Shown piece after piece: positions 9,902 to 18,679 of a DNA stretch of 32,000 bases. The translations under genes and the position numbers were made by a program. Source of the stretch: Candidatus Iainarchaeum sp. (lineage in GTDB: Archaea; Iainarchaeota; Iainarchaeia; Iainarchaeales; CSSED10-239); contig JAQVTI010000006.1 in NCBI GenBank assembly GCA_028700115.1, positions 15,505-47,504 of the forward strand, read 5' to 3'. How positions within the stretch are numbered: the first letter of the stretch is position 1; every line of letters begins with the position of its first letter. The notes under the pieces were generated by a model. It searched no databases, had not been told where the DNA came from, and was given only the letters and a program-made list of their open reading frames with translations.

Positions 9902-10221
9902 TTTTTGTATTTTTCAATAATTTTTAGTATTTCTTCTTTTGTTTCATCATTTATTTCTTTTTCTTTTTCAAGTATTAAATCGAGTTCTATTTTATTTGGG
10001 ATTATATCTACTATTTTTGTTGCAATTTCATTTGAAACTTGTGTTTTTTCTAAAATTTCATCTTTTAATTTTTTTGCATTTGTAGGAGTTATTAATGCAA
10101 ATAGTTTAGAATGTTCATATGCTAATTTTTGTTCATAATTTAATTCTTTTTCTTTTGATTTTTCTGAAAGTATTTTCTTTACTTCTGAAATAGTAACTCC
10201 TTCTATAAATTCTGTGTTCAT
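9898..10221 (-). CDS. rpoF: DNA-directed RNA polymerase subunit F/Rpo4 (Rpb4-like)
   Basis: Size, sequence (LNYEQKLAYEHSKLFALI...) and canonical gene order L21e-rpoF-DUF655-ksgA; overlaps both neighbours by 4 nt. Confidence 0.85.
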   Translation of the reverse strand: MNTEFIEGVTISEVKKILSEKSKEKELNYEQKLAYEHSKLFALITPTNAKKLKDEILEKTQVSNEIATKIVDIIPNKIELDLILEKEKEINDETKEEILKIIEKYKK

Positions 10222-10532
10222 TTTTTATCCCCTTTAATTAATTGAAATATTTTTTTTAAATGTACTTTATGAGATATTATTTTTTTCTTTTTATTTCCAT
10301 CTTTAATATCTACAATTGGGGAATTTCCTTGAAATCCTATAACTTTTCCAGTTTTTCCATATGTTCTTCTAAAAGGCATTCCTTTTTGAATAGAACTATT
10401 TATATTAATTTGTACTGTGTCTCCAACTTTTATTTCTTTTATCATTTCATTAACAGTTGTCTTTGCTCTTACATTTCTTCTAAGAACATTTCTAGTTCTT
10501 GCTCTTTTTCCTTTTGCTTTTTTATTTGCCAT
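10218..10532 (-). CDS. rpl21e: 50S ribosomal protein L21e
   Basis: KVGDTVQININSSIQKGMPFRRTYGKTGKVIGFQGNSPIVDIKDGNKKKKIISHKVHLK. Confidence 0.9.
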   Translation of the reverse strand: MANKKAKGKRARTRNVLRRNVRAKTTVNEMIKEIKVGDTVQININSSIQKGMPFRRTYGKTGKVIGFQGNSPIVDIKDGNKKKKIISHKVHLKKIFQLIKGDKK

Positions 10533-10779
10533 TATTTTTCACTTTTTTATTTTTTTAATTATTTTTGAAAAAATATTTATTATATATTTTCTTTATTCTT
10601 TTAAGAATTAGAAACTATACTTATAAATATTTAAATCTATTAATAAATATATAATATAGAACAGATAGTTTTTAAAAGGGTTTTTTTATATTTTAAAAAC
10701 TTAGTATTTATAAACCCCTTTATAAATCTTTTCATTATATATTAAATATATTTAGTTATTTTAAAAAGGTGGGGTTTTT

Positions 10780-11325
10780 ATGAGTAATTATACAATTGTA
10801 AATTTAGTTGCATCTAGTAATTTAGGGCAAACACTTGATCTTTATAATCTTGCTGCAGCAATTCCTGATGTAGAATATGAACCAGAACAATTTCCTGGTG
10901 CTATTTTTAAATTAAAAGAACCAAAAGTATCATTATTATTATTTAAAAATGGAAAAATAATTATTTCTGGGGCATCTTCTGAAAAAGATATTGTTGCAGG
11001 AATAAAAAAAGCAACTAAATTAATTGGAGAAATTGAAAAAAATGTTAAAATAAAGGCTTCTCCAAAATATGAAATTGTAAATTTAGTTGCAACTTCTTCT
11101 TTAAATAAGACTATTGATTTATTTCAAGCTGCAGTAACTTTAGATGATATTGAATATGAACCAGAACAATTTCCTGGTGCTATAATTAGATTATATAATC
11201 CAAAGATAACACTTTTACTTTTTAAAAATGGGAAATTAATTTGTGCTGGTGCTAAATCTGAAGATGATATTAATAAATCTGTAAATAAAATTAAAAAATT
11301 ATTAAAAGATAATAAATCTGAATAA
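10780..11325 (+). CDS. tbp: TATA-box-binding protein
   Basis: Two direct repeats: YTIVNLVASSNLGQTLDLYNLAAAIPDVEYEPEQFPGAIFKL / YEIVNLVATSSLNKTIDLFQAAVTLDDIEYEPEQFPGAIIRL. Confidence 0.97.
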   Translation: MSNYTIVNLVASSNLGQTLDLYNLAAAIPDVEYEPEQFPGAIFKLKEPKVSLLLFKNGKIIISGASSEKDIVAGIKKATKLIGEIEKNVKIKASPKYEIVNLVATSSLNKTIDLFQAAVTLDDIEYEPEQFPGAIIRLYNPKITLLLFKNGKLICAGAKSEDDINKSVNKIKKLLKDNKSE

Positions 11326-11339
11326 TTTTTTTATTTTTC

Positions 11340-11475
11340 TTATTTTTTTGCATCTGTTGCAGGTACTATTTTTGCAAGAGATTTATTTAAAGGTATTTTT
11401 TCTACAGAGTTTGCAGGTATTGCATTAAAGGATTTTTCATCTTTGTTTCTGCTTTTATTTAAATTTATTTTTCAT
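11340..11475 (-). pseudogene. Possible small minus-strand CDS disrupted by a frameshift in an A-tract
   Basis: Frame ending at 11340 reads ...SRNKDEKSFNAIPANSVEKIPLNKSLAKIVPATDAKK*. It has no in-frame ATG; the ATG at 11475 (MKNKFK*) would join it with one extra A. Confidence 0.3.
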
Positions 11476-11554
11476 TTTTCTTAGTTTTTATAGTTTTTTT
11501 AAAATACCCTTAAACCATATCTATTTAAATCTTTTTTTTAATATTATTTTTGAT
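11474..11554 (+). repeat. Copy 1 of an ~81-bp duplicated promoter-like element
   Basis: atttttcttag...taccct.aaaccata.ctatttaaatcttttttt...ttttgat; ~73/81 identical by eye to 31737-31817, no gaps. Confidence 0.85.
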
Positions 11555-11613
11555 TTTTTAATGTATATTAAAAAAAACATTTATTTAAAAACATTGTGGT
11601 TTATAATTATTTT

Positions 11614-11729
11614 GTTAGCGACCATAGGAATAAAGAAACACCTGGTCCCATTCCGAACCCAGAAGTTAAGTTTATTTCCGTTCTTGGATGCTGTTAGTTC
11701 TTGCTAGCTGCGACTTGATAGTTGCTAAC
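11614..11729 (+). rRNA. rrf: 5S ribosomal RNA
   Basis: gttagcgacc...cacctggtcccattccgaacccagaagttaag...ttcttggatgctgtt...gttgctaac; terminal stem gttagc/gctaac and conserved CCGAACCCAGAAGUUAAG core. TATA-like tttatttaaaaa lies ~25-30 nt upstream. Confidence 0.93.
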
Positions 11730-11871
11730 TTTTATACTTTTTTTAATTTAAAATATTTTTTTAAAAATTTATTTTATTTTTTTCTAATTTTTCTAATTTT
11801 TAAAAAAACAATTCTTTTTAATATATTTTTGTTTATAATCTATATTATATATTAATAAATTTTGAATAATT

Positions 11872-13806
11872 ATGACTGAAAATAAAGATAAACCTTTTTT
11901 AAGTAATTATAAATTATGGATATTATTAATTTTAATTTTTGTTCTAGCTTTTGCAATAAGAGGGCATTTATTAAAATATGATTATATGTTTGAGTTTGAT
12001 ACCTATTGGCATCTAAGAGCTACAGGATATATAGTTCAAGGTGATTTACCAGATGTTGATCCTTTAGGTTTTTATAAACAAGAATCTTCTGCATATACTA
12101 GAAGACCTCAATTTTTATGGTATTTTACTGCTGCTCTTTATGCTTTATTTACATTAGGTGCATCCTATGATAAATGGCTTTTAATGAGTTTTGCTAGGCT
12201 TTTACCTGCAATTTTTGGTGCATTAATTTCTTTTTCAATGTATTTTTTAGGAAAAGAAATATATAATCGAAAAGCTGGTTTTGTAATGGGGGTTATTTCT
12301 GCAACAATTCCTGCATTTGTATATAGAACAATGGCTGGTTTTTTTGAAGAAGATGCACTTGGTTTTTTATGGTTAGTTTGGGGTTTTATTTTTTTAGTTA
12401 AAGCTTTGAAAAATATGCATTCTACAAAAAAACATTTAACAAATGGTTTAATCTCTGCTGTATTTTTTGCACTTATGTCTTTTACATGGGATATGTTTAT
12501 TTTAATTCCATTAGTTTTAGTTTTTTATTTTATTGCAAATACAATATATATGGCTTATAAAAATTCTAGTAATTCTGAGATTGCTTCTTTTGTGAAGATT
12601 TTTTTAATTATTTTTATTGTTTTTTTCTCACTTGCTTCTCTTTATCAAGGAACTGGTTGGGTAAAAAAAACTACAAATTATGTTACTGATTATCTTCCAG
12701 TTTCTTCAGAAAATATAGATAGAATAAATAAACAAACTATTAATTCTTCAGATGTTGTTGGAGCAACTGTTGGTGAAGAAAATACAGGTAAACAATTTTT
12801 TTTACTTAAGTATAATTTTTCTGTATGGATTCCTTTTGTGGTTTTAGTTTTAATGATTTTTTATTTATTATTTAATCCTAAAAAAGATTATTTTACATTA
12901 TTATTATTCTTTTGGATTGCAATAACTTTATTTATGGCATGGTCTAAATTAAAATTTACATATACTTTAGGTATTCCAATTGCTGCTGCTACTGGATTTT
13001 TATATTATTTTTTAGAAAATTATGTTATTAAAAAAAATTCTATTTTATTAAAAAGAATTTTTGTAATATTTATTAGTATAATTATCCTTTCTTCAATTGC
13101 TGCAGGATCACATTTTGTATCTACAAAAGTTCCTCATATAACTACCGAAAATGATTGGAGAAATTCATTATTTTGGATAAACGAAAATACTTCTCAAGAT
13201 GCTAAATTTTTAAATTGGTGGGATTATGGTCATTGGTTAACTTATTTTGGAGAAAGAAAAGCAAGTACTGATAATACAAATTCTTCTATTGAAGGGGATT
13301 CTGATTTTGCAATGCTTACAATTACTACTGATAATAATACAATTAAACATATTTTAACAGAGTATGATGCAGAATATTATATTGCAGATAATTCTTATTT
13401 TTCTAGATTTTATTCTTTTGGAATGTATGCTTATATTACTACAAATTATCAAGATCCAAGAATTTCTAAATATTTAACTTATTCTTCAGATTGTCAAACA
13501 GGTTCTATTAATAATGAAATTGTATATAAATGTGGAGAGCAAATGATTAAAAAAGAGGAATATGATAAAATTTCTACAAAATGGACTGATAAGCCTACAA
13601 CTATAATGAATGGTGTTCCTGTTTATATCTATAGAGATCCTAACTTTTTAAAATTATATATTTTAAATTCTTCTGGAAATAATTCTTTTTTATCTAGATT
13701 ATGGTTTGGAGAAAAAGAAATATCTAATCTTTTTTCTTTAGAACATCAAGAGGGAAAAGTAAGGGTTTATAAAATTAATAAAGAATATTTAGATAGTTTT
13801 AATTAA
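11872..13806 (+). CDS. aglB: Oligosaccharyltransferase, STT3/AglB family
   Basis: FEFDTYWHLRATGYIV, YRTMAGFFEEDALG, WWDYGHWLTYFGERKASTDN (WWDYG motif); multi-TM N-terminal half. Confidence 0.93.
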   Translation: MTENKDKPFLSNYKLWILLILIFVLAFAIRGHLLKYDYMFEFDTYWHLRATGYIVQGDLPDVDPLGFYKQESSAYTRRPQFLWYFTAALYALFTLGASYDKWLLMSFARLLPAIFGALISFSMYFLGKEIYNRKAGFVMGVISATIPAFVYRTMAGFFEEDALGFLWLVWGFIFLVKALKNMHSTKKHLTNGLISAVFFALMSFTWDMFILIPLVLVFYFIANTIYMAYKNSSNSEIASFVKIFLIIFIVFFSLASLYQGTGWVKKTTNYVTDYLPVSSENIDRINKQTINSSDVVGATVGEENTGKQFFLLKYNFSVWIPFVVLVLMIFYLLFNPKKDYFTLLLFFWIAITLFMAWSKLKFTYTLGIPIAAATGFLYYFLENYVIKKNSILLKRIFVIFISIIILSSIAAGSHFVSTKVPHITTENDWRNSLFWINENTSQDAKFLNWWDYGHWLTYFGERKASTDNTNSSIEGDSDFAMLTITTDNNTIKHILTEYDAEYYIADNSYFSRFYSFGMYAYITTNYQDPRISKYLTYSSDCQTGSINNEIVYKCGEQMIKKEEYDKISTKWTDKPTTIMNGVPVYIYRDPNFLKLYILNSSGNNSFLSRLWFGEKEISNLFSLEHQEGKVRVYKINKEYLDSFN

Positions 13807-13817
13807 AGTGATTTTTT

Positions 13818-14840
13818 ATGAATATATTATTTATTTTTTTGTTTTTTTTTATATTTTCTTTTTTATTTTCTTTGATTTTATCTAAATTTTTTACAAAAAA
13901 ATTTATATATATTACAAAGAAAAACAATTTTTTAGGAAAAGACATGAATAAAATAAATAAACCTTTAGTGTCTGAACTTGGAGGAATACCTGTAATTTTA
14001 TCTTTTATAATTTCTTTAATTTTTTCTTTTTTATTTTATATAATTTTTTCTTTTGATATTTTTAATATTTATAATTTATTTATTTTGTTTTCTGTATTTT
14101 TAATAATTATGTTAATTGCATTTTTAGGATTTATAGATGATACTTTAGGTTGGAAAAAAGGAATTTCCCAATTTCAACATTTTTTATACCCTATTATTTT
14201 TTCTTTACCAATAATTTTATTAACTTTATTTTTTGGAAAAACTAGTTTTTATATTCCTTTATTTGGGAATTTATATATTGGTGTGTTATATTCTTTTTTA
14301 CTTGTTCCAATTGCAATTACTGCAACGACAAATGCTTTTAATCTTCTAGCAGGATATAATGGTTTAGAAGCAGGTTTAGGAATTATAATTTTTTTTACAA
14401 TTTCTATATTTACTATATTTGAACAAAATTTTATTATTTTAATAATTCTTGCTTGTTGGGTGGGTGCTTTATTTGGGTTTTTACATTTTAATAAATTTCC
14501 TTCAAGAATATTTCCTGGGGATATAATTACTTTAGTTAATGGTGTTTTAGCAGGTGTTTGTGCAATTATTTTAAATTTAGAAATTTTAATTGCTTTTTTA
14601 ATAATTTTATTTATTATAGAATTTATTATTAAAGCAAAATATAAATTTAAAACAGAATGTTTTGGGATAATTTCTAAAAATGGGATTATTAAACCAAATC
14701 CAAAAAAAGGTTCTTTAATTCATTTTGTTTTATCTAAAGGTGTTTTTACTGAAAGGAAATTAGTTTATTTTTTTTATATTATTCAAATTTTAATTTCAGT
14801 TATTTCTTTAGTTTTATATTTTTTAATTTTTTATAATTAA
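13818..14840 (+). CDS. GT4/MraY-GPT-family polyprenyl-phosphate HexNAc-1-P transferase
   Basis: DMNKINKPLVSELGGIPVILSF, GFIDDTLGWKKG, ATNAFNLLAGYNGLEAG, FNKFPSRIFPGDI motifs; adjacent to aglB. Confidence 0.88.
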   Translation: MNILFIFLFFFIFSFLFSLILSKFFTKKFIYITKKNNFLGKDMNKINKPLVSELGGIPVILSFIISLIFSFLFYIIFSFDIFNIYNLFILFSVFLIIMLIAFLGFIDDTLGWKKGISQFQHFLYPIIFSLPIILLTLFFGKTSFYIPLFGNLYIGVLYSFLLVPIAITATTNAFNLLAGYNGLEAGLGIIIFFTISIFTIFEQNFIILIILACWVGALFGFLHFNKFPSRIFPGDIITLVNGVLAGVCAIILNLEILIAFLIILFIIEFIIKAKYKFKTECFGIISKNGIIKPNPKKGSLIHFVLSKGVFTERKLVYFFYIIQILISVISLVLYFLIFYN

Positions 14841-14855
14841 TTTTATCTAAAAAAT

Positions 14856-15944
14856 TTATTTATTAAAATAATTAGAAATTCTTTTTTGAAATAAAGCATT
14901 TTTTAAGATATTTGATTTTTCAAACCAAAAATTACTTTTATTTCTAATTTTATATATTTGGTCTAAATATGTTTTAAGTTCTTCTATATTTTTAAAAAAT
15001 TCTGGTTTTTCTAAAAGAGCACATTTTATACTTTCTCTAATTACCCAAACTCCTTTAGATTCATATCCTTTTTCTATATCTCTTATAACTAAAACACTTG
15101 CAGTTCTTTTTTCTTTTTCTAAATATTTATTTATTTCTAATCTTGTGGCATAATATGCTCCTGTTACATTATTTGCATATTCTTTTTTTGCAAAATTTAA
15201 TTCATAATCATTATTTATTATATCTTCTGTGCCTTCCATCATTTCAAAATTCCATTTAAAGGGCATAAATATAATATAAAATTTATTTTTATAAAAATCA
15301 AATTTATATAATCTATATTCATTTATTGGATTATAATTTATAGTTTTTTCTAAAATATTTTTACTTAAAATATCATCTACTGCAGTTATTGCAAATTTAG
15401 TAGGTACAAATATTTTTTGGTTATTTATTCCTAAAGATCCAGAAGATAGAATTTGTTGTATTTTATAAACATCTTCTTTTTTTTTAAATAAATATTTTAT
15501 TGCTTCACTTGCCTTTATATCTCCTTGGGATGTTATTTTTTCAATATGGTTTGAGATTTTGATATTATTTATTATTTTAAATTTTTCAAAGTCATAAGCT
15601 ATATTTGAAATACCTATTTCTTTTTCAATAATTAATTTTTTTTTAGATTGCATTTGCATTTCTATTTCAGCTACATTTTTTGCTTGTGTTAATAGTTTTA
15701 ATTCTGTAATTTCTTTTGTATTTTTTATTGCATCTTTTTTATTTAACATTTTAAAACTAAATTGTTGATTTTTTCGATAGTTATCAATTTCTTTTTCATC
15801 TTTATATTTTATCCATTTTTTTGGATCTTGTTTTTTTGCATTTTCATAATCTTTATAAAAGCCAGGTCCAATTGAAATTTTTGGAAAGTTTTTAGAACTT
15901 ACAAATATAAAAGGTTTTGAAAATCCATTTTTTTCTTTAATCAT
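14856..15944 (-). CDS. nreA: NreA-like DNA repair protein (DUF650/DUF651) with C-terminal PIP box
   Basis: FVSSKNFPKISIGPG, GDIKASEAIKYLFKKKEDVYKIQQILSSGSLG, KIFVPTKFAITAVDDILSK, WNFEMME; C-terminus QKRISNYFNK matches the PCNA-binding PIP box Qxx[ILM]xx[FY][FY]. Confidence 0.78.
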   Translation of the reverse strand: MIKEKNGFSKPFIFVSSKNFPKISIGPGFYKDYENAKKQDPKKWIKYKDEKEIDNYRKNQQFSFKMLNKKDAIKNTKEITELKLLTQAKNVAEIEMQMQSKKKLIIEKEIGISNIAYDFEKFKIINNIKISNHIEKITSQGDIKASEAIKYLFKKKEDVYKIQQILSSGSLGINNQKIFVPTKFAITAVDDILSKNILEKTINYNPINEYRLYKFDFYKNKFYIIFMPFKWNFEMMEGTEDIINNDYELNFAKKEYANNVTGAYYATRLEINKYLEKEKRTASVLVIRDIEKGYESKGVWVIRESIKCALLEKPEFFKNIEELKTYLDQIYKIRNKSNFWFEKSNILKNALFQKRISNYFNK

Positions 15945-16112
15945 GTTTTTTCTTTTTTTTTAAGATAGATTTAAAAATGATTTTAAGTATATATATATTA
16001 TAATTATATCCTTTAATATATATTTTTATATTATTTATGACTTTGCTGTAAAAGTCAATAATTTTATATCAAACTATTATAAGGTTTGGGTATTAAAAAA
16101 CAGGTGTGGGTT

Positions 16113-16598
16113 ATGTTTAAATTATTACGTTTATTTATTAATAAAGATTCATCTCCTAAAATATCTAGGAGAAATAATATTGCCATTTTTGTAGATGGAC
16201 CAAATATACTTAGAAAAGAATTTAATATTGATCTTTCTAAAATTAGAACTTATTTAAATAATCAAGGTTCTATAAAAATCGCAAAAGTATATTTAGATCA
16301 ATATGCTACAGATAAATTAATGGAAGCAGTAGTAAATTTAGGTTTTGAAACTGTGATTACTGTTGGAGATGTTGATGTTGCTATGGCAGTTGATGCAACT
16401 GATACAGTTTATAATAAAGAAATAGATACTATTGTTTTTGTTTCAAGAGATTCAGATTATTTACCTTCTATTTTAGTTGCAAAAAAACATGGTAAAAAGA
16501 CAATGGTTTTTTTAGTTGAAGAAGGTTCTGCTATTGCTTTAAAAAATACAGTTGATCAGGTTGTTTTTATTAATAAATTAAAAAATGAATTTAGATGA
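16113..16598 (+). CDS. NYN/LabA-like (DUF88) domain protein, putative RNase
   Basis: IAIFVDGPNILRKEF, VITVGDVDVAMAVDA, IDTIVFVSRDSDYLPSILVAKKHGKKT. Start moved from the listed TTG 16086 to ATG 16113, which follows AGGTG. Confidence 0.85.
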   Translation: MFKLLRLFINKDSSPKISRRNNIAIFVDGPNILRKEFNIDLSKIRTYLNNQGSIKIAKVYLDQYATDKLMEAVVNLGFETVITVGDVDVAMAVDATDTVYNKEIDTIVFVSRDSDYLPSILVAKKHGKKTMVFLVEEGSAIALKNTVDQVVFINKLKNEFR

Positions 16599-17092
16599 AT
16601 ATTCCAATATCAAAAGCTTTAGTTGAAAATGTTTTATTAAAAGATGTGTTTCCAGTTAAGCTTTTTATAGATTTAAAAGAAAAAGAATTTTCAGGATATA
16701 TTTATTTAGTTATAGATTCTGAATTTGGTTTTGAAGAGTCTATAATCCTTTTTTTAAAAGGAGATATTTGTGGATCAATTTATTATAATGATTATTTAAA
16801 TATTGAACAATTTGGGCGTAATGCTTTAGAATTTGGATTTAATTGTTTTGGTTTTAGGAATGGTATTTTGAATATTTATGAATTATCTTTAGATCAAATA
16901 AAATTACTTTTGATATTTAATGACAAAATTGTTTATAATTTTAAAATTAAAAAAAAAGATATTTCTAAAATAATTTTTAATTATAATCCAGATAAGCTTA
17001 AAAAGTTTGTAGATAATAATATTAATATAGATAATGTTACTAAATATAATTTGTTAGATAAATTTCATTTAAATGATATTTTAAGAAATTAA
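16595..17092 (+). CDS. DUF2226-like protein
   Basis: Overlaps the NYN stop by ATGA; N-terminal IPISKALVENVLLKDVFPVKLFIDLKEKEFSGYIYL resembles DUF2226. Confidence 0.5.
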   Translation: MNIPISKALVENVLLKDVFPVKLFIDLKEKEFSGYIYLVIDSEFGFEESIILFLKGDICGSIYYNDYLNIEQFGRNALEFGFNCFGFRNGILNIYELSLDQIKLLLIFNDKIVYNFKIKKKDISKIIFNYNPDKLKKFVDNNINIDNVTKYNLLDKFHLNDILRN

Positions 17093-17094
17093 CT

Positions 17095-17151
17095 ATGTTT
17101 AAAGGAATTAACTATGTTTAAAGGAATTAACTATGTTTAAAGGAATTACAT
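17095..17151 (+). repeat. Three tandem copies of a 19-bp unit (atgtttaaaggaattaact) at the intercistronic junction
   Basis: atgtttaaaggaattaact at 17095, 17114 and, diverging at the end, 17133; each unit contains an ATG, the last being the start of the next gene. Confidence 0.95.
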
Positions 17152-17573
17152 CATTAATATCAAAATTTTCAAATAGAATTTTAGATATAGAAGATAGTTT
17201 ACCTCCAAGAGGATTAGAATCTCTTTTAGAATATAGAGCAATAAATTTAAGTTCTAAAGATTTAGATGATTTTCTTTTAAAGCTTAGAAGTAAGCATTTA
17301 GTAAATCATATAATTGTAACTGATCTTGATGGAATTGTAATTGGAAGTACAGATAAAGATTTAAAAGAAGGTTTTAAAAGTGCTGCAATGTATAATTATA
17401 TAAATAGTGAAGTTAAAGATTTATCTATAATTTTAATAGAATCAAAAGGTTGGCAAATTATTTTTAAAAATAATAATAAAGTTTATTTTATTAAAGCAAA
17501 TGATAATCTTACAAGAATAGAAGTACAAGCTCTTGTAAATGATTTAGAAAATTATTTAAAATTTATAAAGTGA
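17133..17573 (+). CDS. Possible roadblock/LC7-like domain protein
   Basis: VNHIIVTDLDGIVIGSTDKDLKEGFKSAAMYNYINSEVK resembles the roadblock/LC7 pattern; directly upstream of minD. Confidence 0.45.
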   Translation: MFKGITSLISKFSNRILDIEDSLPPRGLESLLEYRAINLSSKDLDDFLLKLRSKHLVNHIIVTDLDGIVIGSTDKDLKEGFKSAAMYNYINSEVKDLSIILIESKGWQIIFKNNNKVYFIKANDNLTRIEVQALVNDLENYLKFIK

Positions 17574-17579
17574 TTAAAA

Positions 17580-18371
17580 ATGAGTGAAGTTATTGCAATT
17601 GTTTCTGGAAAAGGAGGTGTTGGAAAAACAACTCTTACTGCAAATTTAGGTATTGCTTTAAGTGAATTAGGTCATTTAGTTTTAGTTATTGATGCAGATA
17701 TTGCTATGTCTAATTTGAGTTTATTAATAGGTGTTGATAACCCCCCAATAACACTTCATGATGTTTTATTAGGTTCTTCTTCAGCAGCAGATGCTACTTA
17801 TGAAGGTCCAAAAAATCTAAAAATAATCCCTTCTGGGCTTTCAATTTCTAATTATCAAAGAGTAGATGTTGAAAGATTAGTTTCTATTGTGAAATCTTTA
17901 AAAAATGAATATGATTATATATTAATAGATGCACCTGCTGGAATTGATAAAAATGTAATTGCTGCAATGTCTGCTTCTAGTCAAATTCTTTTAATAACAG
18001 AACCAACAGCCCCTTCTGTTGCAGATGTGTTTAAAGCAAAAATTGTTGCAGAAAGATTAAATCAAAAAGTAATGGGTGTAGTTATTAATAAATTTAGTGG
18101 AATTAAAGGAGAAATTACAGAAAAAGAAATAATGAAAATGCTTGAAGTTCCAAGTTATGGGAAAATTCCATATGCTGAAGATATTAGAGAGTCTTTTTTA
18201 TTAAAAAAAATTAAACCTATATTAATTCATAATTCTGCAAGTCCTTCATCTAATTCTTTTAGAGATATTGCAAGAAAAATATCTGGTAAAAAAGATGAAG
18301 TTGTAAAATCTAATACTAAGAAAGGATTATTTTCATTCTTAAGAAAAATGTTTTCAAAAAATAAAATATAA
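17580..18371 (+). CDS. minD: MinD/ParA-type ATPase
   Basis: Deviant Walker A SGKGGVGKTTLTANLG, VIDADIAMSNLSLLIG, ILIDAPAGID. Confidence 0.92.
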   Translation: MSEVIAIVSGKGGVGKTTLTANLGIALSELGHLVLVIDADIAMSNLSLLIGVDNPPITLHDVLLGSSSAADATYEGPKNLKIIPSGLSISNYQRVDVERLVSIVKSLKNEYDYILIDAPAGIDKNVIAAMSASSQILLITEPTAPSVADVFKAKIVAERLNQKVMGVVINKFSGIKGEITEKEIMKMLEVPSYGKIPYAEDIRESFLLKKIKPILIHNSASPSSNSFRDIARKISGKKDEVVKSNTKKGLFSFLRKMFSKNKI

Positions 18372-18390
18372 AAAATCAAGGTGAATAAAA

Positions 18391-18621
18391 ATGACAGAAA
18401 GTAAAGTTACAAGACCATTTGATATGTTAAATAGTGCTATAAATAAACAAGTTTTAGTACAATTAAAAGATAATGTTCAAATTAGAGGTAAATTAAAAGC
18501 TTTTGATGTTCATATGAATATTGTTTTAGATGATGCTGAAGAAATTATTGATGGAAAAACAAAAACAAAATATGTTGAAACATTATTAAGAGGAGACAAT
18601 ATTGTTTGGATAACTGTTTAG
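18391..18621 (+). CDS. Archaeal LSm (Sm-like) RNA-binding protein
   Basis: RPFDMLNSAINKQVLVQLKDNVQIRGKLKAFDVHMNIVLDDAEEI...LLRGDNIVWI (Sm1/Sm2 motifs). Confidence 0.95.
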   Translation: MTESKVTRPFDMLNSAINKQVLVQLKDNVQIRGKLKAFDVHMNIVLDDAEEIIDGKTKTKYVETLLRGDNIVWITV

Positions 18622-18679
18622 TTTTAATATTATTTATAAAAATTAATTTTTTTTATAAATTATTTCAAATGTGTTTTAA

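Noticed and set aside
9393-10611. Plus-strand ORFs 9393..9587, 9905..10138, 10260..10568, 10417..10611
   Set aside because: All mainly antisense to the recognised DUF655, rpoF and L21e genes; products are Phe/Ser-rich shadows.
11558-11704. Possible ORF MYIKKNIYLKTLWFIIILLATIGIKKHLVPFRTQ... running into the 5S rRNA
   Set aside because: Overlaps a confident 5S rRNA and reads through its conserved core; coincidental frame.
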